A stretch of 64,000 bases of DNA. Source: Chara braunii. Taxonomy: Eukaryota; Plantae; Charophyceae. The notes under the pieces are model-generated. The model did not search any database and was not told where the DNA came from. It saw only the letters and a program-made list of their open reading frames with translations. Shown in pieces: positions 52,700 to 64,000 of this stretch (positions within the stretch are counted from its first letter, which is position 1; the number at the start of each line of letters is the position of its first letter). Position numbers and translations under genes: made by a program. The stretch covers positions 1,845,338 to 1,909,337 of the forward strand of contig BFEA01000035.1 of the NCBI GenBank assembly GCA_003427395.1, written 5' to 3'.

Positions 52700-54590
52700 C
52701 GATTGTTGACGGAATCGGGCAAGGGAGGAGTCTACGATGGGGTTTTCAAGGACAACGAACGCGAATCTGCTGTTAGTTTGAGTAGAGAGTTAGTGAATTG
52801 GGAGTCAGGAAGAGGAAGCCGTGTGCAGAGATGGCGGGAAGCAAAGAAAGAGGAAAGTGAGAAGCACATATCTCCTGCGTTTCCGAATTGATTTCGGCAC
52901 GGCGAGAGCCGAATCTATTGTTTTAAGCCAGGGCGATTTCGTTGGTAAAGTTAGTTTTTATGGTTGGTTAGTGGAATACGAGTTAGTGGAGATAGAGCGG
53001 CGTGAAGGCAACGAGAAGCAAATATGGTAGGAATTGAAAGATGAAGTTTTCACTGGATTCTGCATGAAATTGAGCGAACTTAAAGGCAAAGTGGGGGTTG
53101 TTGACCACAACGAATTCGATGGTGGAAATCGGAGTTAGGAGCTAGTGGGTAGTTTCGACGGTACAGAGGTTAGGTGCTGTGTAGAGAGGGTGGCATGTGT
53201 CTATCCATGTTTTGACGAAAGATTCATTCTCGTAGCGCTTTTGGTGAGTAAAGAGTATGACGCCCCCTTCACCGTCGCCTTCATTGTTGTGAGCGCGATG
53301 CTCTATCTCATCGTCAGAATAATCGATGTTGTGGAGATCTTCATTGGTGGCCGAGTCGCCATTGCAGTGGGATCTTCGTCTTTATGACTTCGAACTGCCG
53401 GGCTTGGTCATCATCAAGCTCCTCGAGATATGCTGGCCCCGCTCACTATTCTACCAGTGTATCATCCTAATGATGCTTGAAACCACATTGTTGTCTGTGG
53501 AAGCTGAAGTCATGGTCGTAGCAAGCGTTCCAAGCGACTGTCTATTCCGTTCGGGCGTTGAGAAAAAGTGCATGAATCTAGATGTGATTGCGAGCAGATG
53601 CGTTGAATTGTCGAAAGCAGGAATAAATAAAAGTGAAGCTACGGTGCCAAATAACATGCGGGAAAGAATCGGTGAGGAATCCTCTCTTTCTTTTTATGAG
53701 AGTGTCATTCTCACTTGGCACGAGGTGGTGAAGGTCGGGCGGCTTGTTCCTCGTGAAAGTGATATTCCTTTACTATTACAACCAGCCGGATCTTCGTTCC
53801 GGTTGGGTTAGCAGTGATCGCTTGATTGATTGAAGGTGATTTTTTGCCCCAAGCCACTAGTACATATCATCGAGGCCATGGACGTTATCTTGCTCGTGGT
53901 CTGCAAACTTTTCATCATCTTGGAGCTCATCGGTTTTGCCCCTTACAAGCATGAGGAAGCAGGGGTACACCTGACTCGACGTTCTTATGTGCGGTGATCC
54001 TCTTTATCGTGCTGTTTATGCATGGCCGTTCTTAGTTTGGTAAAGTGATCTGCCTGATGAATTCCGATAACGAATAAGACTTTGGTCTGCTAAATAGTTG
54101 TGTAGAGACTTTTTCCTCGTGGCCAGCCCCCTGTGACTGTTAGAGGTGAAGCATAGTCTGCTACTTCTGGTAAGGCTAGTGCAGCAGAAGCAAAGGGAGC
54201 CATGAAGTGCAGCAAGTTGAGGCGCTAACACCGCCTCCCGACAGAGTTGTAGTTGCCTATGAGGATCCTAACTCTGCTTGGGTAGGGTGTTGTTTGAGTT
54301 GTTGCTGTTTTTTTCTGGTAACCGATTGCATACTCATGGTGCTGAGGTCCTCTATAGCAACGCGATGCAGTTTGGGGCACGGACGTTCGAAGAACTGCTA
54401 TTCCCCCAAACAACGGGTTGCAACTTGGAAATACTGGTGTCTTGGGGCTATGCATTAATTGAACGCAACCATTTTAGGTTGCGTAGTGGTGATTTGATCC
54501 GAAACGAGCCCAAGCCTTGAAGGGAAGTTGTTGTTGCTAGTTGAAGAGGCGCCAGAAAGTCAACAGCTGGCAGTTTGACTTTTAACTGAC
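52700..54590 (+). pseudogene. Possible decayed ORF of unknown family upstream of the structured RNA modules
   Basis: Chain of protein-like + strand ORF pieces (52821-53030, 53145-53387, 53326-53811, 54278-54520); no motif recognised. Confidence 0.3.
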
Positions 54591-54740
54591 CAAGCTACTG
54601 CGCACTTTGACCATCATTGCGGGGCCCTCAGGCGCATCAAGGATTCAAGGCCCACTCACGCGAGTATGGGTGCACCTCTCTTGGATGTAAGCGACTTAAC
54701 CTGTCTCATTCTGCCCTTCTTATTCCAAGTCTAGTCTATT

Positions 54741-54897
54741 GGTTTGGAGAGGAAGGTGGCAGGTGGGATTGCAACCCGTAATCCGTGCCACGGCCTCTGT
54801 GAGAGGTTTCCCCACCGATTGTGGGAGCTTTGCTGGAACCTAGGCGAGGTTCTGGAGATAGGGAACTGAGTGGTAATCTTTATCTCCTTCTCTAACC
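54741..54897 (+). ncRNA. Compact multibranch RNA, five hairpins closed by a basal stem
   Basis: ggtt(t)ggagagg/cttctctaacc encloses gtggca..tgccac, ggcctc/gaggtt, cccac/gtggg, ctggaacct/aggttctgg and gagataggga/tctttatctc. Confidence 0.6.
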
Positions 54898-55138
54898 CAA
54901 CTAAAACCCTTACCTACGTACCTTGCTACAATTTGACTAAGTATATTGAATGCATCCCTACTGAATTTATGTTTGACTTTCTGAACTTGAATCAAAGTTA
55001 AGTAAAGGAATGCATGCACAATCTAAGTTCTACGTTTGTTGGTTGTCGGAATTCAGATTAAAAAAGGGTTGTGAATTGGGGGAAGGCAGAAAGAATGTGG
55101 TTTTGTTTGTGATTGTCTGGGTCAACCGAAGGTTGGGC

Positions 55139-55892
55139 TTAGTTTCTAAGTTGAATGACTCATTGCTATGTTTATTTTATTTGCCGAAAGGAACAAAGTT
55201 TGTTCCTAAGTTGGATGGTCTGATTGCTCTGACTTGTGAGGGTTGCCTGTGTGTGCATTTTCAGAGACCAAGTTTTGTTTCTAAGTTGAATGACTTGGTC
55301 GCCTTGATTTATTTTGGGGTTTTCTGAGTGAGAGTGTACTTTGTTTCTAAGTTGAATGAATAAGTCTGTTTATGTTTTTTTATTGTTTACAAGAAAAATA
55401 GTTTGAACTTTGTTCCTAAGTTGGAAGACTCAAACTTCTGTTTGTTTATTCTGAGGGGATTAGGTGAAGGAAAAAACAGTAAATTTGTTTCTAAACCACA
55501 CACATGTTGGAACCAAGGAATGGTATGATTTATATTCTGTTATTATGTTACTTATGAACATGCTAGTCAGATTTTGTTTCTAAGTTGAATGATCTGACTA
55601 TAACTTATCATAATAAAGAGAGTACAAATTAAAAGTATTTATTGATGATAAAATGGGGAAGGTTGAACTTTGTTTCTAAGTTGAATGGTTCAGTCCTATG
55701 CTACCGTAAAAGACTAAGAGTAGAAAGTTATATATAACTTGGCTACTTTAAACAATTCAGGGCAACTAGGCATTGTTTCTATGTTGAATGACATAGTCAT
55801 ATGTCAAATGAAAAGAAAAGTAGTAGTGCCCTGTGTTTGTGTATATCCAATGGGTGGGCCAGACTTTGTTTCTAAGTTGAATGGTCTAGCTT
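55139..55892 (+). repeat. Array of 10 stem-loops with constant apical motif TTTGTTTCTAAGTTGAATG and unique spacers
   Basis: Cores start at 55139, 55199, 55274, 55340, 55409, 55484 (disrupted), 55573, 55669, 55772 and 55865. Confidence 0.9.
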
Positions 55893-56099
55893 TACACCTT
55901 ATGTAAGTTGGGTATAAGGGATAAATCATTGAGACATTATGAACTATTATTGACAAGGTTCAACTCTGAGACTGGGTGAGAGTACTTACCATAGTGGTTT
56001 GGACTTGCATGTGGCTAGGTGAGAGTTTTACTTAGTCTGAGTTTCTGTTTGATAGGTAGTTACTTTAGTTGCTTGCCACGTGCTAGAGATATAAAAGTT

Positions 56100-58200
56100 A
56101 GTTCAATTTTCACATTTTCTGAGCTGATTTTTTATTTTACTTAGGTGAATTTTCTCATTTTATATGATCATTTATTTCACTTGGCTTTGTATAAATTTTG
56201 GAAAGTTACTTTTTCTATGGAAAACACTGCTGAAATTTTTACAAAACCAAGGAGTTAGTTAAATTTTGGGTTTTCAAAGTTCAATTTTTGTCTAAGTTTA
56301 TATCCGGCTTAGTATGAATCTGAAAAACTCTTTTTTCTAGGGGAAGTGTTGCCCAAAATTTTGCTAATTCGGGGAGTTAGACAAATCTGACTTTGGGAAG
56401 TCAGAATCATTTCAGAATCTGTATTTAGCTTTGTATAAATTTTGGAAAGGTACTTTTTCTACGGGAAGCGCTGCCAAAATTTTTAAAAATCTAAGGAGTT
56501 AGTTAAAATTTGTCTCGACAAGAATTCAAGTTTTGCTTTGAGTTCTTATCTGACTTAGTATAAATCTGGGAAATCTACTTTTCGAAAGAAGATGCTGCCC
56601 AAAGTTTTGCTAATTTAGGAAGTTCGACAAAATTTGACTTTCTAGAATCGCAGACCATTGTAGTTTTCATATTCGAGCGAGTATAAATTTTGAGAAGACA
56701 CTTTTCCTATGGGAAACACTGCCGAAATTGACCCTGTGTAGTGCATTGAATTTTGGTTGAAGCTATATTCTAAGGAGTATGAGGGCAGAGAGTGGTTGAA
56801 GTTGACCCCGTGTAGTGCATTGACTTTTGGTTGAATCTTTGATGTGATTGCAAATATGTTTGTGGTTCGGACTACGGATTTGATTGCCTGCGAGCACATA
56901 TATATGGATGAAGGGAATCCCACTGTGATTGTGAGAAGTGACCGTCTCGTGTTTATAAATCTTTAGATATATATATATATATATATCGAGTGTTTGCACG
57001 ACCTATTGCGACCGTGCATAAGGGTTGAGTTGATTTTTATTGCGTTTGAGAGGAAAGGGAGACCCCTTTTTCAACCCTTTGTTTTTTAGAATTATTATAG
57101 TTGAACGTTGGAGTCCGTGACAGTCGTCAACGTCAAAACCATGGATTTCTCTCCAGACCCTGGATGATGAAGCTTGTTTCTAGGGCGATAAAACCCGACC
57201 GCCACAACAGGCTGGAGCCTGTGTACCACCCACTCTCCGCAAGATGCAGAAGAGAGTGTGGTTCTCAACCACCTTGACGGTTGTCTAGCGTCGAGAGATT
57301 AACCCCTCAAAGCGCGTGCTAGTCAACACTTGAGTGGCGAACACGACCCTCGAGACCATTGAGGGCCGTGTGATTATGGGTACTACATAGTACTCCATCG
57401 TTGCGACTGCTTACGTATGCTTGCATGGCTAGTCGATATGAGAAAGCCCTGCGTCCGGACGGTTTCATCTTAACTCTCGCGTGTGACGCCTAACTGATTT
57501 CCATGCCGAAAGGTTACGGGTTGGATACTGAAGGGACTAGGAGTGTTTGCTTGCATGAGTAATTTGATTTTATGTTTTTAGCGTGATGTAACGAGTGGTA
57601 AGAAGGATGTGTCCTAGTCGACCAACAACGAGTCGCACTCGGGACTTCCGCTCCCGGATGCGTCGGTTCGTCATTTTAACCAACTTGCCACCAATTCATA
57701 AAGTGGAGATTATACGAGTTACTTTAAAAAAAAAAATGAAAAAAAAACTTTAAAACCCTATAAACATCAAGCCAAAAATGTGTTTTCATGCAAAATTCAC
57801 TCAATTTTCAGAAATTTTCAGGGCTGACCAAAACAGTCAACTCCAAGACCCCAACAAACACCAAACTTGGCACACACAGACCTTGACCAAAAATAAAACA
57901 AGGCAAAAAAAAAAAAAAAAAAACAGAAAAAACTAAAAAAGATGATCTTCAATGCACTTTTCAGAAATTTCAGGGTTGAGGGGGTTAACCAGGGCTGAAA
58001 AGTGGGGGTCCCTGTTAACCGCTTATGCCAAAATAGTCAACTGCAAGACCTCAACAAACACCAAACTTGGCACACACAAACCTTGCCAAAAATAAAACAG
58101 GGCAAAAAAAAATAAAAAATAAAAATGATCTCCAATGCACTTTTCATGGTTGAGGGGGTTAACCAGGGCTGAAAAGTGGGGGTCCTTGTTAACCGCTTAT
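56100..58200 (-). mobile_element. Family X second copy: degenerate ~120-bp repeats, conserved non-coding module, tandemly duplicated terminus
   Basis: Inverted homology to 6400-8050 and 886-1150. About 57830-58027 is duplicated at about 58030-58200, each unit ending ggttaaccagggctgaaaagtgggggtccYtgttaaccgcttatg. Confidence 0.7.
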
Positions 58201-58772
58201 GAGAATTTTGGTACTCCGTCCAATATCGATTATTGCCAGACCACCTGCCTCGACCCTTCCCTCGCCCAGTCCCTACTCCCCTTGCGTACATGCAGTCTTG
58301 ATACTTCCTTCAGTTAACTTCGGTCCTCCTACTCTTCACGTTTTGTAAGTGGATCTTCGATGCGATGTCTGGGTGTAGTAATCACGCCGTGTGTCTTTGA
58401 CATCAATAGTTGTTGAGGTATGTCAAACTCTCAACACAACTTAAGAGATATCAGTAGCGACCCGTCACTCGTACGCGAGTCTAGCGACTAAGCGGAATCA
58501 AGTCTTCTCGTCATAGAGGCAGCGCAAGGTGTTGTACTCGAACAAATAATCGTAAAGGTAATAAAAAAATAGTCAAATAATAATAATCATCGTCATCGAA
58601 AGATAGATGAAAATGAGTGCGCATGCGCTTCTTTTAGTACACAGACTATGCGAACGTAAGTGAGTGTAGAGTGTAAGGCACCAGGTGAGCAGTTCCAAGC
58701 GTGACAATAGGGTCGCTCATTTGGCTTGGGTAAGAGATAAAAAATACCAGAAACAATACAGTTCAAGGTTTA

Positions 58773-60933
58773 GGGGCTCGTTAGACACTCCAAGGAGCGT
58801 CCTCGGGGCCGAAGGACGTTTCCTTCGACGTTTTGAAGGAAATTTTCGCCGTCGTTCCACCTATCCTGGGATGGTCTCCCAAGGATGATTCCTTTTGGCC
58901 CCTGATGACCATTTTTATAATATTATAGTCAACCGCGGGGAGGGGCAATGCCTTGTTCCATTGGGTGATGTCCGTCTCACTACGGTGTGCTCCAATTGCC
59001 GAAGGCGGGAAATTTTGAAAGGCGCTGGCGACGGGGGAAAAAAAAAAAGCAATGAACCTTCCCGTTCGAAAATCAAATTTCGAATTGGGTGTTGGACGTC
59101 ACGACGATGATGCAGGGCTGGTGACGTCCATATTGGCGACGGTGGAGACATGCATTTGCAGCAGCACAACGGAGTCGTTGTAAGTCTAGACGAACTTGTG
59201 AGCGCCCCGTGAAGGTCCATCGCCATCACCTCCTCCTGCCGCCTCGCGTATGTGTGGAGTCAATAATACGGGGAACGTCGTCAGCGACTTGGCGTTAAGG
59301 TTACCGTGGTCATGGCGAGTTGGTAGGCTATTGTATTTTCGTGGTTCATGAGCATTTGCAACATACGTGCCGATGGAGGGCGGCAGCGACGACGAACGTG
59401 AGAAGTTGACGACGATCGAGAAGACGGACGTGGTGGCGGCCGTGACGGCCATGCTCTTTCGTTGTCAGCCGGAGAGGGCATTGGGCAGAATGAGAGCGCA
59501 GATCCTCGCGTGGAGGAGGAAGACACTTCATCAAGTCCCGGTCGAAGGGCTGGATACCGTGACCATCATTGAGGCTGTAGTTCAGGTTTGCTGCGCCATG
59601 TGTTGCAGTGTTCTTCGACGAGCGACGTTGAGGTGGTGGATGAAAAGAAGGAAGGTGGGGGTGGGTGTGGGAGGATCTCACACAATGTGATGCGGCGACA
59701 AAGAAGTACTTCCAGGAGAAGCTGCATATGTTGCCACGTGTCTTTCGGTCGCCGGCGATTGCACCCAGTATGGACGAACGTCCGCGGGATGCGTTGCCGA
59801 TGTCGATGTCGACTGCAGTCGGTGTTGATCCCTCATCTTCTCTGCTGGAGGCCTTCGATAGAGGTCGACCATCAATGATAGAGGATGAACACGTGGAACA
59901 GGAGGACCACGACAAACAAAATCACGACTAGGAGTAGCAGTGGCAACGTTCAATTATAGAGGTCGACCATCAACGACACGTATGACAAGGCTGTAACTCC
60001 ACAACGACGGTGAAGGTCCACCGAATGGTGACTCTGAAGGGACCAGATGGTAGAGGACAGCATACGACACACGCACTCTAACGGGTCGTACACCCTTGCA
60101 CTGCGATCCAGGACGTGGCCTGCGCGGTGGCTCGTGGAGTGGTCCACTGAAGACTTGCTCTTCGCCTGCCGTCCGTCCATGATGACGCCCTTCTTCGCAG
60201 ATCGCCTCTTGCGTGTGTGTCCAGGCAGCCTGCCGAGGATGCAGATGCGGAAGACGATGAGAAGGGCAAGCACAATGATGACCAGGAACAGCAGTGGAAG
60301 CCTTTGGAAGACGTCGGCCATGAACGACACGTGGGGAAGGGCAGTAACTACACTGCGCCGGTACGCCTCCAGCAAACGGTGACGATAAGAGGGCAGCAAA
60401 CGGCAGGCTGCAGAATCCGACAAACACCATCCTAATGTTTTGAGTTGTGGAGCACAGCTGGGAATAGAAACTTGGGTCGGCTAAAATATTCAAATTTGCC
60501 GACCGTTTGATCCTTTCCGTTTGGCGGCACGCACTGTGAGGGAGAACACTGGTCGACGACATCTGCGGGGGCCAGCCGGCCACCAACGGTTACCGTTGGC
60601 GTATGGTTCCTGGAAACCGAACGTTGAAGACCCAAGATCTCTGCGCGCTGCCCGGTAGGAACTCCAATGGACCAGCCGACGGAAAGTTCTTGCCGACGAC
60701 GGGTGCCCTTGCCGCTCCGAATATCGCGGATCCTTAACCTCCGAGGGACCTTTGAGAGGTACCTTGGAAAAAAAAAAAAAAAAAAGGTCACAAAATGGCT
60801 GTAGCCCGAGGACACCCCGAGGATTGCCGGAGGAAATGTTTTCACATTTTTTTTTTTTTTTTATCCCTGAGGACATGTGGAACGATAATTCCCTCGGGCA
60901 CTTTACGCGCCCGAAGAGTGTCTAACAAGCCCC
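58773..60933 (+). mobile_element. Internally deleted PIF/Harbinger transposon, 2161 bp
   Basis: TIRs ggggctcgttagacactc / gagtgtctaacaagcccc; TTA TSD at 58770-58772 and 60934-60936. Transposase N-terminal remnant RWWMKRR..WEDLTQCD..YFQEKLHM.PRVF at about 59630-59750. Confidence 0.9.
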
Positions 60934-63448
60934 TTACTCTATAGCGTAAAGCCACATCGTTGAAGGCATGGGAAACATGCCAAAGACCTTCTCCTCCTGT
61001 CACTCAGTCTGCTTTGAGGGTGTCTGCCTCCAATCCTATATATCTCTTTCTACTTCACTTACCATCTACTGCGGTAATTCCCTCCTTAAACCACTAGTCC
61101 CTCTGCTAGTGTTGGGAAATCAGGGAAAACAGGATGTTCCCCAAGAGTTCGGAGGTTTCAGAGGCTCGACAAGAAGAATAAAGTTTAGTTTTATATTACC
61201 CGCACGTGAAAGGGAAAAAAAAAAAGAAGAAGATACTTTCTGTATTGCAATGATGTCCGCAGGGTAGTCTAGGAGGCCGTGCTCACAGTAGTCCTCCACA
61301 GAATGAATCTTATAGCTAAAGCAGTCAGATTCTGCATGTTGCTGTCCTCTTTTTTCTCTCTCTTCTCATTCTTATGAGTCCCCTGCCAACGCTGCTCAAG
61401 CTGTGTTTCCTCATAGGATTGTAACCCCTGATCACAGTGGCACTTAGAGGAATGCATCCAGCCAATTTCACGGAAGAATCCGTGTTTCCTTTTTTTCTTT
61501 ACTTCTTCCTCTTTCTGGAATCTGACAACCAGGCCATGGGGCTGAGACGCCCTCACCGAGGGCACACTCACACTACCACTTCCAAGAATGTATACAACTG
61601 CATTTCATGGGCAAATCTTTGTTTTCTTTTTTTCCCAATTCTTTTGTTGGTTTCATGGCCGAGACTTTTCTTCTTCCTTCTTTCTTTTTTGTTTTTTCCG
61701 TGAGAGTACTAGAAAGGAAAATGGAGTGGGACCCAGGCTCGGCGAAACTCGAAGTGGAGTGAAATTCAGGCTCGGCAAAAGCGGGCTCGGAGGTACTAGT
61801 GGTCTGAAAAATTCACTGGCCGAGCTCCTGAGCATGTAGACGTGTTCCAGCCACGGTCCAGATACAAAATTCACTTGCTGTGGTAATTCCGGCCTGACTT
61901 ACTTTCTGAAAAAAAACTCACAGGACGAGCCCCGAGCAAGTAAACGTGTTACGGGGCTCGGTCTTAAAACATCAAAAATTTGAAAAACTCAGGTTTACTC
62001 AGCAAGTACTGCCGAAAGAACTTGTGCACAACCTGATGACGAGCTCAGTGAGTCGCTTAGTATGTGCCATGTGGCAATCGCGTCAGAGACCGGGGTATCG
62101 GATATCTCTGGAAGTTGCTTCGTTGGCTTGGAGAAGCAGCTTCTAGCAATCGTCTGGGCCTTTGGCCTGTCACGTTCCCGGTTCGAACCGTCGATAGGGC
62201 CTTCAGTACCAGGTCTTATAACATTTCTTGAGCCTGCTGACAAAGCCTGGTAATTAGCTAGGCTGAAACTATTTAGTCTCTTCTGGTTGGTTTTTGTGTA
62301 AAATATTATCCCTTAGATTTTTTTATTTTCATTTTTTTCTTTCTTTTTGAAAAGCCCAGGTTATGGAGGTCAGGTATCGACCCAGGTGGGTACTGTCATT
62401 AGAGCACCGGAGGGAGACTTCCCAGTAGGCAACCTACCCAGTATTATTACTGGCAACCGAATCAGAAGTTCTCATGGGGAGGTTTGTTCCTGAGTGGTGG
62501 TATTCCACTGGCGCCAATCATGGACCACACCCCCCGCCAGGTGTGGCCTCATGGCTCCCACCTATTCTGATACCGGAGGGGACAACTTCCTGGTACTATT
62601 CCACCTCAACCAGCTAATGGGTACTCTGATGTACGACGGCAGGACTGCCTCCCAACCCTACCTCATTTCAATTCTCCTAACGCACCCCCTACACCTACTA
62701 TCCTACCTCAGTGATACAGACACTCAGGACAATCACCCTATTCCTCAGAGGGCGACATAGACCGAACAGTAGCTATAGGCACCAGGATGGACAGTCTTAC
62801 CTCTACCCAGGCCCAGTGAAAGCCTAATTGCGCAAGCCTTGTTGCTCGAGGACTTCGAACGTCAGGCACAATCAATATCATTATCGGTCCATACCGACGA
62901 ACCGAATTGCAGCCAAGTGTCTGCATGGACCAGAGTAGACTCCTCGTAGCCTGGCCTGAACCCATGACGAGCCCATGACAGGGATCGGTCTCCCCCACCC
63001 TATTCTACTAGTATGCAGGTATGTCGTAGCACTAGCATGCAGATGTGTCTATCTATGTCGTAACACATGTCTGTATGTGTAAGCAGTGTGTGTACGCGTA
63101 TAGGTAGCAAGAACCGTGTGACACTGTAAGTATATATATGTGTGTATGGCAACTATGACAGACTCAAACCTAGGATGTGTTATATGAAACTAGGATAGGC
63201 AACCGTGTATGAGAGAGATGAGCACCTAGGATGTGTTGTATGAGGGACAGATGGTGGGGGAGATCAACAGGGCAACCAGTGGCCAATGTCCTCCAGTAAC
63301 CCGCGTAGGTAGAAACCGACATATAGCAACGCGGACTAACCCTTGGGTGGTGCGCAGGCAGTGTCTGTAATAGCTTACCTGCATCAGCCCAAGGGGGTGT
63401 GTGTCCAGCTGTGTGTCAAACTAATGCCCTGCCAGTGTCCATGCGCGA

Positions 63449-63535
63449 GGCTGCAATTGAGTTTTGAGCCCACAACCTCATACCACAATGAGCATTTCCA
63501 ACCGGTGCTCTAACCACTGAGTACTTACGGCTACC
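63449..63535 (-). pseudogene. tRNA-like SINE head or tRNA pseudogene
   Basis: Reverse complement carries an A-box-like tactcagtggttagagc and a B-box-like gaggttgtgggctcaaaactc; imperfect acceptor stem. Confidence 0.5.
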
Positions 63536-63963
63536 GAATAAACCTGCATCCCCTACCCCCTACTGACGTCATAATCCAGGATGCCAAGGCTAACCAATCT
63601 TCTGTACTTTGAAGCACTGATATCCTTTTTTTTTTTTTTCCTTATTATATTATACTACTAAAGGAAACAGCGGTCCTCGCGTGGGGCCCAACAGAAACCG
63701 GGCGCCTCCGTGCGGGACCGGTAATGGCCAGCGGCCAAGGGGGAACCGGTGGAGCCAACTGCGGGATGGGCAGGCCCAGGTATGAGGCGCGCCGACGCAA
63801 AATGGCGCAAGGGGGAAAAGGGCAGGGCCTGGCAGTCACGGGTTTGGAGACTGTGGAACCGGAGGCAGGCGCGAGGGGACGTGCAAAGACCGACGGAGCG
63901 ACGGGTGCACGAGGGAGGACATCAAATGGCGAGACGCGAAAGGGGATGCCGGTTGTTGTTGTT

Positions 63964-64000
<37 letters not shown>

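Noticed and set aside
55139-55892. Bona fide CRISPR array
   Set aside because: Eukaryotic context, no cas genes, repeat only 19 nt, irregular spacer lengths (about 41-84 nt), and spacer ends pair across the repeat.
62025-62068. Hammerhead ribozyme (CTGATGA followed by a stem)
   Set aside because: No GAAA after stem II and no stem III; at most a K-turn-like hairpin.

Overview
Eukaryotic, repeat-saturated nuclear DNA with no recognisable intact host gene. A plant-type U6, poly(A)-tailed LINEs and an N-terminal GIY-YIG Penelope-like element point to the green lineage. A charophyte (Chara-like) genome is my inference, not something proven from the sequence. Contents: (i) at least six degenerate L1/Tx1-like LINE copies from two families, nested in each other, with a shared 3' double-hairpin motif; (ii) a degenerate Chlamys/Naiad-type Penelope-like element; (iii) a PIF/Harbinger element plus several MITEs with readable TIRs/TSDs; (iv) a full-length U6 retrocopy, a U6 fragment and LSU rRNA relics; (v) two Nextera mate-pair junction adapters, which are assembly artefacts. 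The most unusual signal is a largely non-coding element family present as two diverged, inverted copies (about 0.9-8 kb and 52.7-58.2 kb) carrying structured RNA modules. These are a ~550-nt rod-like fold-back, multi-hairpin domains, and a CRISPR-looking array of ten stem-loops (55139-55892) with a constant 19-nt apical motif, unit-specific complementary stems and a compensatory base-pair swap. All analysis was by eye; boundaries without TSD support are approximate.
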